The translations under genes were made by a program, and so were the position numbers. The notes under the pieces were generated by a model. The model did no database searches. It was not told the origin of the DNA and was given only the letters and a program-made list of their open reading frames with translations. Of a DNA stretch of 64,000 nucleotides, positions 55,356 to 64,000 are shown in pieces. This stretch comes from a virus. The DNA lies in the IMG/VR virus record IMGVR_UViG_3300033402_000312; one strand, given 5' to 3'. Within the stretch, counting starts at the first letter, position 1. Every line of letters starts with the position of its first letter.

Positions 55356-56147
55356 ATGAAGAACGGAGCTTCGGCAGTCCTTTCAGCCCACGCCGATACC
55401 AACCTGGTGACCCGCGAAACCCTCCGGGCGCTCCCGGCTGTGGTCGGCACCGACACTTTCAAGCCTGTTGCCCACATCGAACTGATCGAGACCCTCGAAA
55501 GAAAACTCAACGACCGCAGCATCCAGATCATCCGCGAGCAGTACGCAATGTCCAAAGACGGCATGAAGCTGTTCGGCACCCTCGACCTGACGCTGGACGG
55601 CGTCGAAGGCATGGGCGCGAGCCTCGGCATGCGCACCGCCAACAACCGCGAAATGGCGCTCCAGATGATCGCCGGGATGCGCGTTTTCGTTTGCGACAAC
55701 ATGGCGTTCAGCGGCGAGACGATCATCCTGCGGCGCAAGCACACTTCCGGTCTGAACCTGATCGGCGAGTTGGCGAACGCCCTCAACCAGTACGAAATAC
55801 ACTACCGGAAACTCAAGGCGGAGATCGGCGACCTGCGCGACTACGGCATGTCCGACCGCGACGCGAAGGTCATGATTCACGACATCTTTGCCAAACAGAT
55901 CATGCCCGTCCGGTACATGCCGGAAGTGAGCGACGTCTACTTCACGCAGTTCGTGCAGAGCGACGAGCCTCAGTTCGCCGCGTTCCGCAATCGCTCTGCG
56001 TGGAGCCTCCTGAACAGCTTCACCGAGGTCGCCAAGCTGATGCCCCTGACGACCCGCATGGACGCCACCCAGGAGATCGGCGCGATCTTCGGCAAGCTGG
56101 TCGCCAGCGCCGAAGCCACGGGTCTCGACCGCTTTAACATTCATTAG
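55356..56147 (+). CDS. DUF932-like phage/plasmid protein (263 aa)
   Basis: ATG preceded by AGGAGGAAGG. FGTLDLTLDGVEGMGASLGMRTANNREMALQMIAGMRVFVCDNMAFSGE resembles the DUF932 core (NSHDGS-like stretch followed by R-x-x-C-x-N). Confidence 0.45.
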   Translation: MKNGASAVLSAHADTNLVTRETLRALPAVVGTDTFKPVAHIELIETLERKLNDRSIQIIREQYAMSKDGMKLFGTLDLTLDGVEGMGASLGMRTANNREMALQMIAGMRVFVCDNMAFSGETIILRRKHTSGLNLIGELANALNQYEIHYRKLKAEIGDLRDYGMSDRDAKVMIHDIFAKQIMPVRYMPEVSDVYFTQFVQSDEPQFAAFRNRSAWSLLNSFTEVAKLMPLTTRMDATQEIGAIFGKLVASAEATGLDRFNIH

Positions 56148-56250
56148 TAGGTAGCCAGTTTCGGGAAGTCGGCTGTATACTCAGTATGACTAAATGAAAC
56201 CGCTGGACAGGCGGGGCGCAAGCCCCGCCGCCAGCCTCAAGGAGAGAAGA

Positions 56251-56466
56251 ATGTGCGAGATTGGAAAGCCTCTTGAAATCCTGAACGTCGAACCACTGGT
56301 TCACCCCGCGCCCCTGCGCCGGGAAACGGAGCAGCCGGAAGAGCAGCCCACGGAGCAGCCCGTGATTGTCCCGGTTGAAGTTCCGGTTGGAGAACCGACG
56401 TGCAAAGGCGCGACGGTGTCCCCGGTTGCTGGCACGGAAAAGACCGCCTACCCGTACATCTACTAA
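56251..56466 (+). CDS. small Pro/Glu-rich protein (71 aa)
   Basis: ATG preceded by AAGGAGAGAAGA. Confidence 0.35.
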   Translation: MCEIGKPLEILNVEPLVHPAPLRRETEQPEEQPTEQPVIVPVEVPVGEPTCKGATVSPVAGTEKTAYPYIY

Positions 56467-56468
56467 CC

Positions 56469-57347
56469 GTGCCGAGGCGAGCCAAACGCGGCGGGTACGA
56501 AGCTCTCCCTCACGCCGGGTACGGCGTTGACTTGAGCAAGGTGCCGGACACGTACATCGAGCCGTTCACGGCGTACCGTTCGTGGAACTGGACTACCAAG
56601 GGCGTCACGTCCCTCAACGGCACGCTGTGGACTCCCAAGCAAGCCTTCGAAGCCACGTGCCCGCACGCCGACGACCTGCGCTCGATGCAAGCCGCGTGCG
56701 GCTCAGAAGCAGGGAGCAGATTTTGGCAGAAGCAAGCCCACCTTGTCCCCGACCCCGGCTGCACGTGCGGGATGTACGCCGGGATAAACATGCAGCACCT
56801 TCTCGACATCGGCTACATCCAGCGGGGCATCCACGGCGAGGTCAGCCTTTGGGGCAGATTGTATCGTCACACCCTCGGCTGGCGTGCCCAGTTCGCGTAC
56901 CCCAAGTTCTTCGTCGTGCCGATGAATATGATTCCGTTCCGGCTCGACGAGGCAAAACAGCAGCTTAACATGCTCGCCGAATTCGGCGTGGACGTCTACC
57001 TTCAGCCGGAGAAGGAAGCGCAGGTCGGGCAGGAAAGAATCCCGCTGTGGATGAGCGACTACGGCTACAGCCAGCAGGGCTTGTCATTGCTGGTCGAGAA
57101 GCGTGCGCAGTGGTACGCGGAACACCCGATGGTGCATCCCGTCCTCGCAGTCGGCGACCGCGTGGCGGTATTCAGCAGCGTGAACGGCGGCGGAATCGGC
57201 ATCGTCACGGAAATCATCGGCGAAGAAATGTTCTACAACTTGTTCAACCCGAACGTGGTCTACCGCAAGCCAGTCAAGGAAGTCCTGTGGAACGAGCAGA
57301 ACTGGCGCTGGGAGACGAGCGGACTCGGCTTCATGCGCAGGGTGTAA
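56469..57347 (+). CDS. hypothetical Cys/His-containing protein (292 aa)
   Basis: GTG 2 nt after the upstream TAA (translationally coupled). Contains CPHADDL and DPGCTCGMYAG. Confidence 0.45.
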   Translation: MPRRAKRGGYEALPHAGYGVDLSKVPDTYIEPFTAYRSWNWTTKGVTSLNGTLWTPKQAFEATCPHADDLRSMQAACGSEAGSRFWQKQAHLVPDPGCTCGMYAGINMQHLLDIGYIQRGIHGEVSLWGRLYRHTLGWRAQFAYPKFFVVPMNMIPFRLDEAKQQLNMLAEFGVDVYLQPEKEAQVGQERIPLWMSDYGYSQQGLSLLVEKRAQWYAEHPMVHPVLAVGDRVAVFSSVNGGGIGIVTEIIGEEMFYNLFNPNVVYRKPVKEVLWNEQNWRWETSGLGFMRRV

Positions 57348-57368
57348 ACACCGCAAGTAAAAGGGGAC

Positions 57369-57566
57369 GTGATGTCAGGGCGCACAGGAAAAATGACGGC
57401 GGAAGCCCTTGCGGCTCGCGGGCCGAGGATGGCTCTTGCTCAGGTGGACGGCAAACTCAAGATTTTTGACAATGAGCACGATGTGCCGGTCGGCGCGACC
57501 ATCATCGCCAAGTCTTTCAGCTTGAACTACCTCAAGAAGATCGAGAAAACCAATCGCCTTTTTTAA
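57369..57566 (+). CDS. small protein (65 aa)
   Basis: ATG preceded by AAAGGGGA. Confidence 0.4.
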   Translation: MMSGRTGKMTAEALAARGPRMALAQVDGKLKIFDNEHDVPVGATIIAKSFSLNYLKKIEKTNRLF

Positions 57567-57569
57567 TCC

Positions 57570-58250
57570 TCAGGAACCCGAGTAAAGAAGCGACTGACCC
57601 GTCGCGTCGCTGCGGCTCAGACCTGCGTCGAGGAACTCGCCGTAGACTGAACCGGAGACGTCGAAAATGTCGGTGACGGTGATGGTGCAGTCTTCCGCGA
57701 CGGCGGCCGTGTCCACGGTGTAGCCCGTGTTGTACGATTCCATCCAGCACCCTTCGTAAACCGTTGCTACGCAGAACACGCCGGGGTTGCCCGTGTTGTC
57801 CAGACCGCCCTCTGCGGGCACGTCCGCGACGGTCGCCTCCCCGACGTTGCCGGAATTGAACGACGCCAGTTCCGAGAACACGACCTCGGTCTTGATGTCG
57901 AAAGGCCAGCGGTGGTGCCTCAGGGAGCGGACCGCGCCGGAAGTGCCTGCCTTGTAGCCGAGGACTTGCATGAGGTTCGCGAGGTAGAGGCAGGTGCGAG
58001 TGATGCTGATGCTCAGCGGGGTGGTGACGCCAGGCACAAGCTCCGCGACCTGGTCGCCGTAGCCGAGACCGCGCACCGGGTCGATTGTCTTGCTTTCAGT
58101 GTAGGTGAAGCTGGAGGTCACGCCCAGCTTCACGAATGCCCCGACGTCCACCAAGTCCGTGAAAATCTTGAACCTTGTGGACAGGACGGTTTCCGTGTTC
58201 GGGGTCGTGCCCTGCCTATAAATGTAGGCTCCCTGCGTTGCTGCTGCCAT
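57570..58250 (-). CDS. virion structural protein (226 aa), tail-module
   Basis: Beta-rich Thr/Ser/Gly/Val composition. Lies in the tail region next to the tube and sheath genes. Confidence 0.5.
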   Translation of the reverse strand: MAAATQGAYIYRQGTTPNTETVLSTRFKIFTDLVDVGAFVKLGVTSSFTYTESKTIDPVRGLGYGDQVAELVPGVTTPLSISITRTCLYLANLMQVLGYKAGTSGAVRSLRHHRWPFDIKTEVVFSELASFNSGNVGEATVADVPAEGGLDNTGNPGVFCVATVYEGCWMESYNTGYTVDTAAVAEDCTITVTDIFDVSGSVYGEFLDAGLSRSDATGQSLLYSGS

Positions 58251-58263
58251 AGTATGCTTTCCT

Positions 58264-58698
58264 TTAGAAGCTTACTGCTCCTGTCACAAGGGTTGCAAAG
58301 TTGGAGTTTAGATATTCACTTGCCTTTCGGAGTAGGTTGCTGTCATCTCTTCCCATTCCGAGTAACCTATTGCATCGCCCGCACAAAAGTCCTCTTATGC
58401 ACTTACCGCAACTGCGCGAACCGGGGCAACAAGCATGGTCATGGTCTAATTGCAGCCGCCTAGGGCCTTCGACGACTTGCCCACAGATAGCGCAAGCTCC
58501 TTTTTGTTTTTCCAACAAAGCATTGAATTGCTCTAATGTGATCCCATGCCTTTCGATTTTCTGCCCTCGTGCACGTTGGTTGTGGCAGACTTTGCAGTAC
58601 GTTTGAACCCCAAATCTGCGCGACGCATCCTTGTAAAACTTTTCAAGGTCAGTTTCCCCGCAAGGGCAGACTTTGAACAACTTAGCTTTACGCCCCAT
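58264..58698 (-). CDS. HNH endonuclease, T4 endonuclease VII family (144 aa)
   Basis: CPCGETD...CKVCHN zinc site, then CAICGQVV...LQLDHDHACCPG...CIRGLLCGRCNRLLG, close to the EndoVII signature CLIC...HLDHDH...VRGLLCNLCN. Confidence 0.8.
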   Translation of the reverse strand: MGRKAKLFKVCPCGETDLEKFYKDASRRFGVQTYCKVCHNQRARGQKIERHGITLEQFNALLEKQKGACAICGQVVEGPRRLQLDHDHACCPGSRSCGKCIRGLLCGRCNRLLGMGRDDSNLLRKASEYLNSNFATLVTGAVSF

Positions 58699-58839
58699 TT
58701 TGACTACACCCCTACAAAGAATTGAGTAGTCAAAATGCTCCGGGGGCGGCTACCATTTCCATCTGCTTCCTAGCCCGTAACCATAGCGATCCCAAGGTCA
58801 GCCACGAAGCCCGGCATTTTGATGCCGTCCCCGAACTCG

Positions 58840-60741
58840 TTACTCAGCGGCAGCCAGCGCGAGACCCTCGAACGAGGACTTCTTGCCCTTGTTCTTTTCC
58901 TTGATCTCGGCGGCAGCAGCCTCGGATTCCTCCTGCTGGCGCTGCTTGCTGAGCGCCTTCGTCGCCTCGTCGAACATGTCCGCAGCGCGGAAGATCGCCT
59001 CCACCGCCTCGCGCACCGCCCGCGTGTCGTTGACCTGAGTCAGCGGCTTCGCTTCCAGGTACATCTTCTTCAGGTCGTCGCCAAGCTGCTCGGACTGCTT
59101 CACAGCCTTGCTGGTGGTCATGTCTGCCGCGACCTTCGCCCCGGTCTTAAGCCCCCGCTGCTCGCTCAGCTTGATCGGCGCGACGACTGCTGGCTTGTCG
59201 ATCCCGGTGTTGTCTTCGAGACCGGCGTGGGCCTCGGCGATCTCCGGCGTACGCCCGCCGTCCTCTTCGACTTCCATTGGCTTGTAGCTGGTGTACCAGC
59301 CGCCGCCGTAGCCCGCCGACGCGTACTTCGCGTATTTGGACGCAAGGAACGTGTGCATTTCAGCCTGACGCGACTTCCAGTGTTCAAGCGCCGCCAAGCG
59401 GCGGTCAACGGAGTCCGGCTCGTCGTTGGATTCCTTATAGTGCGGCTTGTCGCCCTTTTCCTTCATGTAGTAGGCGAGGGCGAAAGGATTGTCAATGTCC
59501 TTGTGCTTCTTCATGTGCTCGACGGTGCCGCCCCAACCTTCGGGCGAGACGGCTTCCTTATTCACGGAAGCTGACATCGGGACTTCCTGCATTTCATTCG
59601 GAAAATCTACCGATGGCGGAACTCCATGCTCTTCCTGCTCTTGCAAGTCCGGTTTCCCGCCGCTCGGGCGGATGCCCTCCTCGGTGAGCTTATAGTCCTG
59701 AATGCGGTAGTCGTCGGCCGTCTTTTCCTCTTCGAGGGAAGCGAGGCTCAGACCGCCGAGGTCGATCTCGGCTTTCTGAGGCTCAGGGTTGGCGCTGATC
59801 TGTTCCGGGGCTGCGCTGCTGCCGTTTTGCCCGACCTGCGCCGAAGCGCCGGAGCCGCTGCTGATCGTTCCGTTGTCGCCCATGGCATGGTCGCCGAGGT
59901 CTGCCTTCTTGGCAGACGCCGCGACCGGGACCGCCGCAGGCTCGGCCAGAGCCGGGGCAGTGGACTGAGCAGGAGCCGCTGGGGCTGGTGCCTTGCCGCC
60001 TTCCTGCTCAGGCGGAAGGACCGGGCGGGTCTTCAGAATTTCGGTCAACTGGACGACCGCATCCTGCTTGCCCTTGTTCTGCGGGAAATCGTCTTCCTTC
60101 GGAAGGTCGCCGATGACCTTGATGAGGATTTCAGTCGGGATGTAGTCGATTGGGTTCGTGCTGCCCGCTGCGGGAACTGGTTCTTGCGCTGGTACTGCCG
60201 CCGCTGGCGCTGGTACTGCCGCCGCTGGCTCCTCGGGCACGGCTTCCTTCTTTTTCTTTGCCAAGCGGGGGACTTCAAGCTTCTCCGGGGCCTTGGCTTC
60301 GCCCTTCTCGTCGCGGTCGGTGGCGAACGCCGCGCCGCCGTCCGCCTGCTTCCTGCTCGCGGCAACGCCAAGCTCGGCGACCGCCGAGTCGGGGACGTAA
60401 TCGACCTGCTGGCGTGGTTTGCGCTGCTGTCTGTTCATTTTTAAGATCATATCCACCTCGCTCTTCAGCTTCCTCGCTTCCTCTGGCATTTTGGCGTCGT
60501 CCATGTAGTCCGAGATGCTTGCCGCGCCATCTTGCCTCATCTGCTGCGGGTCTGCTTTCAGAATCCGCGACATGTGGGACACGGCTTCCTCGATCTTGTC
60601 GATTTCGGGATCGCTCGGGTTCGACTCCATCAGGCTCTCGACGAGCATGTTGGCGCGTTGCACGGCTTCCTCAAGCGTCCTCTTGGACACCAAGATCGTT
60701 GACTTCTTGCTGCGCCCGGCGATGAACCTCGACTTTGCCAT
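58840..60741 (-). CDS. acidic Ala/Pro-rich protein (633 aa), tail-module
   Basis: AAVPAPAAAVPAQEPVPAAG low-complexity. Charged helical N- and C-termini. Position after the tube gene suggests an assembly/chaperone or tape-measure-associated role (inference). Confidence 0.5.
   Translation of the reverse strand: MAKSRFIAGRSKKSTILVSKRTLEEAVQRANMLVESLMESNPSDPEIDKIEEAVSHMSRILKADPQQMRQDGAASISDYMDDAKMPEEARKLKSEVDMILKMNRQQRKPRQQVDYVPDSAVAELGVAASRKQADGGAAFATDRDEKGEAKAPEKLEVPRLAKKKKEAVPEEPAAAVPAPAAAVPAQEPVPAAGSTNPIDYIPTEILIKVIGDLPKEDDFPQNKGKQDAVVQLTEILKTRPVLPPEQEGGKAPAPAAPAQSTAPALAEPAAVPVAASAKKADLGDHAMGDNGTISSGSGASAQVGQNGSSAAPEQISANPEPQKAEIDLGGLSLASLEEEKTADDYRIQDYKLTEEGIRPSGGKPDLQEQEEHGVPPSVDFPNEMQEVPMSASVNKEAVSPEGWGGTVEHMKKHKDIDNPFALAYYMKEKGDKPHYKESNDEPDSVDRRLAALEHWKSRQAEMHTFLASKYAKYASAGYGGGWYTSYKPMEVEEDGGRTPEIAEAHAGLEDNTGIDKPAVVAPIKLSEQRGLKTGAKVAADMTTSKAVKQSEQLGDDLKKMYLEAKPLTQVNDTRAVREAVEAIFRAADMFDEATKALSKQRQQEESEAAAAEIKEKNKGKKSSFEGLALAAAE
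60186..60227. repeat. 21-nt tandem duplication (approximate)
   Basis: GCGCTGGTACTGCCGCCGCTG x2 inside 58840..60741. Confidence 0.4.
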
Positions 60742-60752
60742 TCACTTCCTTC

Positions 60753-61199
60753 TCAAACGTTTGTTGCCGGGATCACCGGCAGCAGCACCATCGACCGGAG
60801 CAGCATCATCGCCTGCGCGATGCGTCCCGTGCCCGGCATGATCATGATATTGACCCATGCCTGCGCCGCTTCGCTTGGGTCTGTCGTGATGCAGTCAAGC
60901 GGCCCTTGGATCGGGGCTGGCTGGTTCGGGTTGTACGGCGCTGGCAACGCCTCCATGAATCGCACCGTGTAGCTTGACATCTGCGTCGTGATCCCCACGT
61001 AAAGCTCGGTCGTCGGGAACTGGAACGTGAACGACGGGTTGCTCGGGTCGGCGAAGCTGCCCGCGATGTTCACGACCGGGTCGCCAAAAGCCGCGATCCT
61101 CGCTTTGTCCGTGGCATCCGTTGGGTCGCCGACGAACAAGGCTTGCACCACCACGCTTATGATCCCGTTCGCCTGCGTTACTATCGGCGTTAGCTTCAT
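60753..61199 (-). CDS. putative tail tube protein (148 aa)
   Basis: Small beta-rich protein immediately downstream of the sheath-like gene. Confidence 0.45.
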   Translation of the reverse strand: MKLTPIVTQANGIISVVVQALFVGDPTDATDKARIAAFGDPVVNIAGSFADPSNPSFTFQFPTTELYVGITTQMSSYTVRFMEALPAPYNPNQPAPIQGPLDCITTDPSEAAQAWVNIMIMPGTGRIAQAMMLLRSMVLLPVIPATNV

Positions 61200-61224
61200 T
61201 GCGCTCCGGCTCCCTTAGCTTTCA

Positions 61225-63999
61225 TCACAAACTTGTTTGGACGGTGAACGTCACCGACAAGTACAGCAAGCTGAAGATAGGCGCGAAGGTGACCGTCACG
61301 TCAACTTCGGTCGGGTCGTTCGGGTTCTGGATGACCACAAGGCTCTGGTACCCGGAGATGATCTGCAAATCCTTCAGGTTCTTGAGCAGGCTGTTGCTGA
61401 CCACCGTGATGTCGGTCACGAGGCTGTCCACCAGCTTGCGGCCGATGAACTGCTGCAAGGTCGAGCGGAACTGCTGCGCGACGTAGTCCGCGATGGTCGT
61501 CGAGGTCGGCTCGCTCACGAGCGTGTTCTGCGGGTCTGTGGTCTTGTAGTGGCGGATGAGCAGGCTGCCGTTGTTGTCGAGCAGCCAGGTCAGGCCGTTC
61601 GCTGCCCCGAGGTCCATCGTCGGGTTGTCGTAGGTGATGAGCAGGCGGCTGAACCCGACCAGGTTCTGGAGGGTCAGCGTGGTCGCCACGTCGTTTGCCG
61701 GGTTGCAGTTCAGGCCAGCCATCGCGGCTGCCATGAACGGTCCGTCAACGAGGTATTCTATTGCGACGCCCGTCGTCGGGTTGGTGATCAGGATGCCCGC
61801 CGCTGCGTTGCCGATGGCGATCACGCGCTGGCTGAGCAGGCTTTGCGCGTTCGCGCTCGCTTGCGCAGCCGTCGTGAACTGGCTGTATCCCACGAAGCTG
61901 ATTGCCTCGCCCTTGTACCGTGCGGTCGCCTGGGTCGTCAACTGGCGGCTCAAGGCCTGGTGCACTGTCGGGTCGTTGCTCAGCGGCACCACGACGTCCG
62001 CCTTGCGGTTGAGGCCGGGCAGGTTGCTCGTAAGCTGCTGGAGCGCCGCGATGTAGTCGCTGGAGGCAGCCACGTTCGTGCCGGGCTGCACCGGGACTTG
62101 GATCGCACCGAAGGTCTGCACGCCGTTCAGTGCCATCAACTGGATGCCCAGCGAGAGGCGGTTGATCGTGGAAGGCTGCCCGTAGTTGCTGTAGGCTGCC
62201 GATGCCGACGTGTAAAGCTTGAGGGCGTAGTCGCTCGCGACCTTGTTCGTCGTGAAGGTCACATAGTAGAACGTGCCGACAGCCGGTCCGTCGCCGCTGC
62301 CACGGAAGGTGCTGACGACAACCGTGTCGCCGGTCGTGGCGTTGTAGTCCGAGACTACTTCCGTCTTCAGGCCGGGGATCGCGATTGCGTTGTTGCTGTA
62401 CGCCGGGGAGATGCCGGGGGTGCCGCAGTTGCGTGTCGCCGCGCTCGCGCCGGAGGCGTCAGCCTTCACGATGAACCGGAGCGTGTCGCCCACCCCATAG
62501 CTGTAGCTTGCCGGGATCGAGGTCACGCCGTAGGCGACGTGGTCGGCCGGGTTGACGATGGTGACGCGGAATCCGGTCACGATGTCGATGTACGTTTGGT
62601 CAAGGTAGCCGATGTTCGACCCGCCAGTGCCGGAACCCCTCGGGTTGGTCGAGGTGACGGTGTAGCTGTGCGTGACCGGGGTGAAGACCGCGTCAGCGCC
62701 GCCAACCAAGTTGGCTGCCGCAGTGGTCGCCACGTTCGTGGTGTTCGGCGTCACGACTGTCGCGAGAACCTGACCGCCGCTTGCCGTCCCTGCGGACGGG
62801 AAGTTTGCCGCGATCTGAGCCAAGGTCTGCAACGCGCCAGTCCAATTGGCGTATATCGTAACGAGGTTGCCGCTGACCGTCACGGGGACAGGACTCAGGG
62901 AGGACGCGTCGAGCGCGATCTGCACGCTGTCGCCGTTTGCGCCCGGAACTGACGCGGTGAAGGTGATCGAGCCGTTGGAGCCGAAGCTCGTCGTAAGGTG
63001 AGCCTGCACTGCCGGGGTGGTCACGCTGTTGCCGTCGTTGTTGAACGTGAGGGTGATCGTCTCGTCCACCGCCGCCCCGGCGACCGCCTGCGCGTCGCCT
63101 GTCTGGTACGGGCTGTCGAACGACACCACGCCCGGATAGATGATGCCGGTCTCGCCGAACGCAGCGCCCTGCGCAACCGAGTTCGCGCCGCCGATGACAA
63201 GCGGGGCGATGCGCCCCAGTTCGTCGGCGATCTGGTAAGTGCCCAGTCCGACGTAGCCGGGGGTGACGACTGAAACCGTGTACTGGTGCGAAGCCAAGGT
63301 GTTGCGGTAGTAGGATGCCCACACGCCCACCGGCTGGGCTGGCTGGCTTCCGCCGCCGCTTGACGGCTGAGGGGGATTGAACAGGGTGACCTGCTGCTGC
63401 GCCTCACCGCTGAGCGCCGCCACTACGACCGCGCCAGCTTCGAAAGCCTCCAGCGGGTCGGAGCCGACATAGACTTTGATGAGCGACGGGTTGTCCGTTG
63501 GGCGGCCCAATCCGCTGCCGTCAGTCGGCGTGTCAGGAATAGAGAAGACCGCGTTGCGGCCGTTGACGACGCCGGACAGCGGGCGGAGCCAAACCTGCTC
63601 GTCCACAAGGGTTGTCAGAATCTCGGACGGGGTGAAGTTCGCAAGCTCGCCAGCGGACGACGTGCCGACCGCCTCGCTCACGTTGTTGCCCCAGTTGACC
63701 GTGTTCGACACGACGTTGCCCAGCTTGTCGTATGCCTCGCCGAGGACGTAGTCCACGCCCTGTGCGAAATCCGTGCGGTTCGGCCCGAGGCCGACCTCGA
63801 TGATCGAGGCGACATTCGAGCTTGGGAGCAAGTCGAACGTGTTCTGCCACGTGTTGTAGTAGTAGGTGAACGTGAGGGTCGAGCCGTATGCCACCGGGCT
63901 GGCGAGGGTGATCTGGCCAGCACCGCCGTTGACCGCCGCAACCACAACAGGGGAGCCGTTGACCAAAGCGGCGACAAGCGCCGGGTTGGTCGTGGTCAC
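61225..63999 (-). CDS. putative contractile tail sheath protein (>=924 aa; the gene probably continues beyond the window end)
   Basis: The C-terminal ~120 aa (LLIRHYKTTDP...IADYVAQQFRSTLQQFIGRKLVDS...VDVTVTFAPIFSLLYLSVTFTV) follow the conserved sheath C-terminal pattern. Central Ig-like insertions. First in-window start is a GTG 1 nt from the edge. Confidence 0.55.
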   Translation of the reverse strand: MTTTNPALVAALVNGSPVVVAAVNGGAGQITLASPVAYGSTLTFTYYYNTWQNTFDLLPSSNVASIIEVGLGPNRTDFAQGVDYVLGEAYDKLGNVVSNTVNWGNNVSEAVGTSSAGELANFTPSEILTTLVDEQVWLRPLSGVVNGRNAVFSIPDTPTDGSGLGRPTDNPSLIKVYVGSDPLEAFEAGAVVVAALSGEAQQQVTLFNPPQPSSGGGSQPAQPVGVWASYYRNTLASHQYTVSVVTPGYVGLGTYQIADELGRIAPLVIGGANSVAQGAAFGETGIIYPGVVSFDSPYQTGDAQAVAGAAVDETITLTFNNDGNSVTTPAVQAHLTTSFGSNGSITFTASVPGANGDSVQIALDASSLSPVPVTVSGNLVTIYANWTGALQTLAQIAANFPSAGTASGGQVLATVVTPNTTNVATTAAANLVGGADAVFTPVTHSYTVTSTNPRGSGTGGSNIGYLDQTYIDIVTGFRVTIVNPADHVAYGVTSIPASYSYGVGDTLRFIVKADASGASAATRNCGTPGISPAYSNNAIAIPGLKTEVVSDYNATTGDTVVVSTFRGSGDGPAVGTFYYVTFTTNKVASDYALKLYTSASAAYSNYGQPSTINRLSLGIQLMALNGVQTFGAIQVPVQPGTNVAASSDYIAALQQLTSNLPGLNRKADVVVPLSNDPTVHQALSRQLTTQATARYKGEAISFVGYSQFTTAAQASANAQSLLSQRVIAIGNAAAGILITNPTTGVAIEYLVDGPFMAAAMAGLNCNPANDVATTLTLQNLVGFSRLLITYDNPTMDLGAANGLTWLLDNNGSLLIRHYKTTDPQNTLVSEPTSTTIADYVAQQFRSTLQQFIGRKLVDSLVTDITVVSNSLLKNLKDLQIISGYQSLVVIQNPNDPTEVDVTVTFAPIFSLLYLSVTFTVQTSL

Positions 64000-64000
64000 G

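Noticed and set aside
1-64000. CRISPR arrays or other regularly spaced repeats
   Set aside because: No repeat-spacer periodicity seen. The only direct repeats are two in-frame tandem duplications inside coding regions.

Overview
High-GC (~60%) segment of a large contractile-tailed dsDNA phage or prophage genome. It is densely coding and almost entirely minus-strand, with three short plus-strand islands at 29.3-31.8 kb, 45.7-46.3 kb and 55.3-57.6 kb. Read from the window's right end downward, the genes run in this order. Tail sheath (its 5' end is probably cut by the window) and tail tube come first, then an acidic 633-aa protein and an EndoVII-type HNH endonuclease. A plus-strand island follows, starting with a DUF932-like gene. 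Next is a 1883-aa giant ORF, then a head module: a 307-aa protein, a 741-aa acidic scaffold-like protein, a 190-aa protein, the putative major capsid protein, and a strong terminator. After that come an HNH/NUMOD endonuclease, a SWIM zinc-finger protein, Ig-like structural proteins, a 1660-aa giant ORF, a low-GC block containing a sigma-like regulator, and a plus-strand structural-like gene. These are followed by another EndoVII HNH, a tail-fiber-like gene with a coupled small gene, and a GIY-YIG endonuclease. The order continues with a 712-aa repeat protein, a 2072-aa giant ORF, a 1591-aa giant ORF with a SWIM finger, a LAGLIDADG endonuclease, a 400-bp non-coding gap, and the terminase large subunit. 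Finally there is a sigma-70-family protein, a cluster of an Mrr_N-like wHTH, a C5-cytosine DNA methyltransferase and an LpxH-family phosphoesterase, tail-fibre-like genes and aromatic/Pro-rich low-complexity proteins. The most unusual content is the set of four 1.6-2.1 k-aa plus three 0.63-0.74 k-aa acidic ORFs studded with CxxC zinc ribbons inside the virion modules, together with at least five free-standing homing-type endonuclease genes. All functional calls come from motifs read in the translated ORFs. No database search was run.
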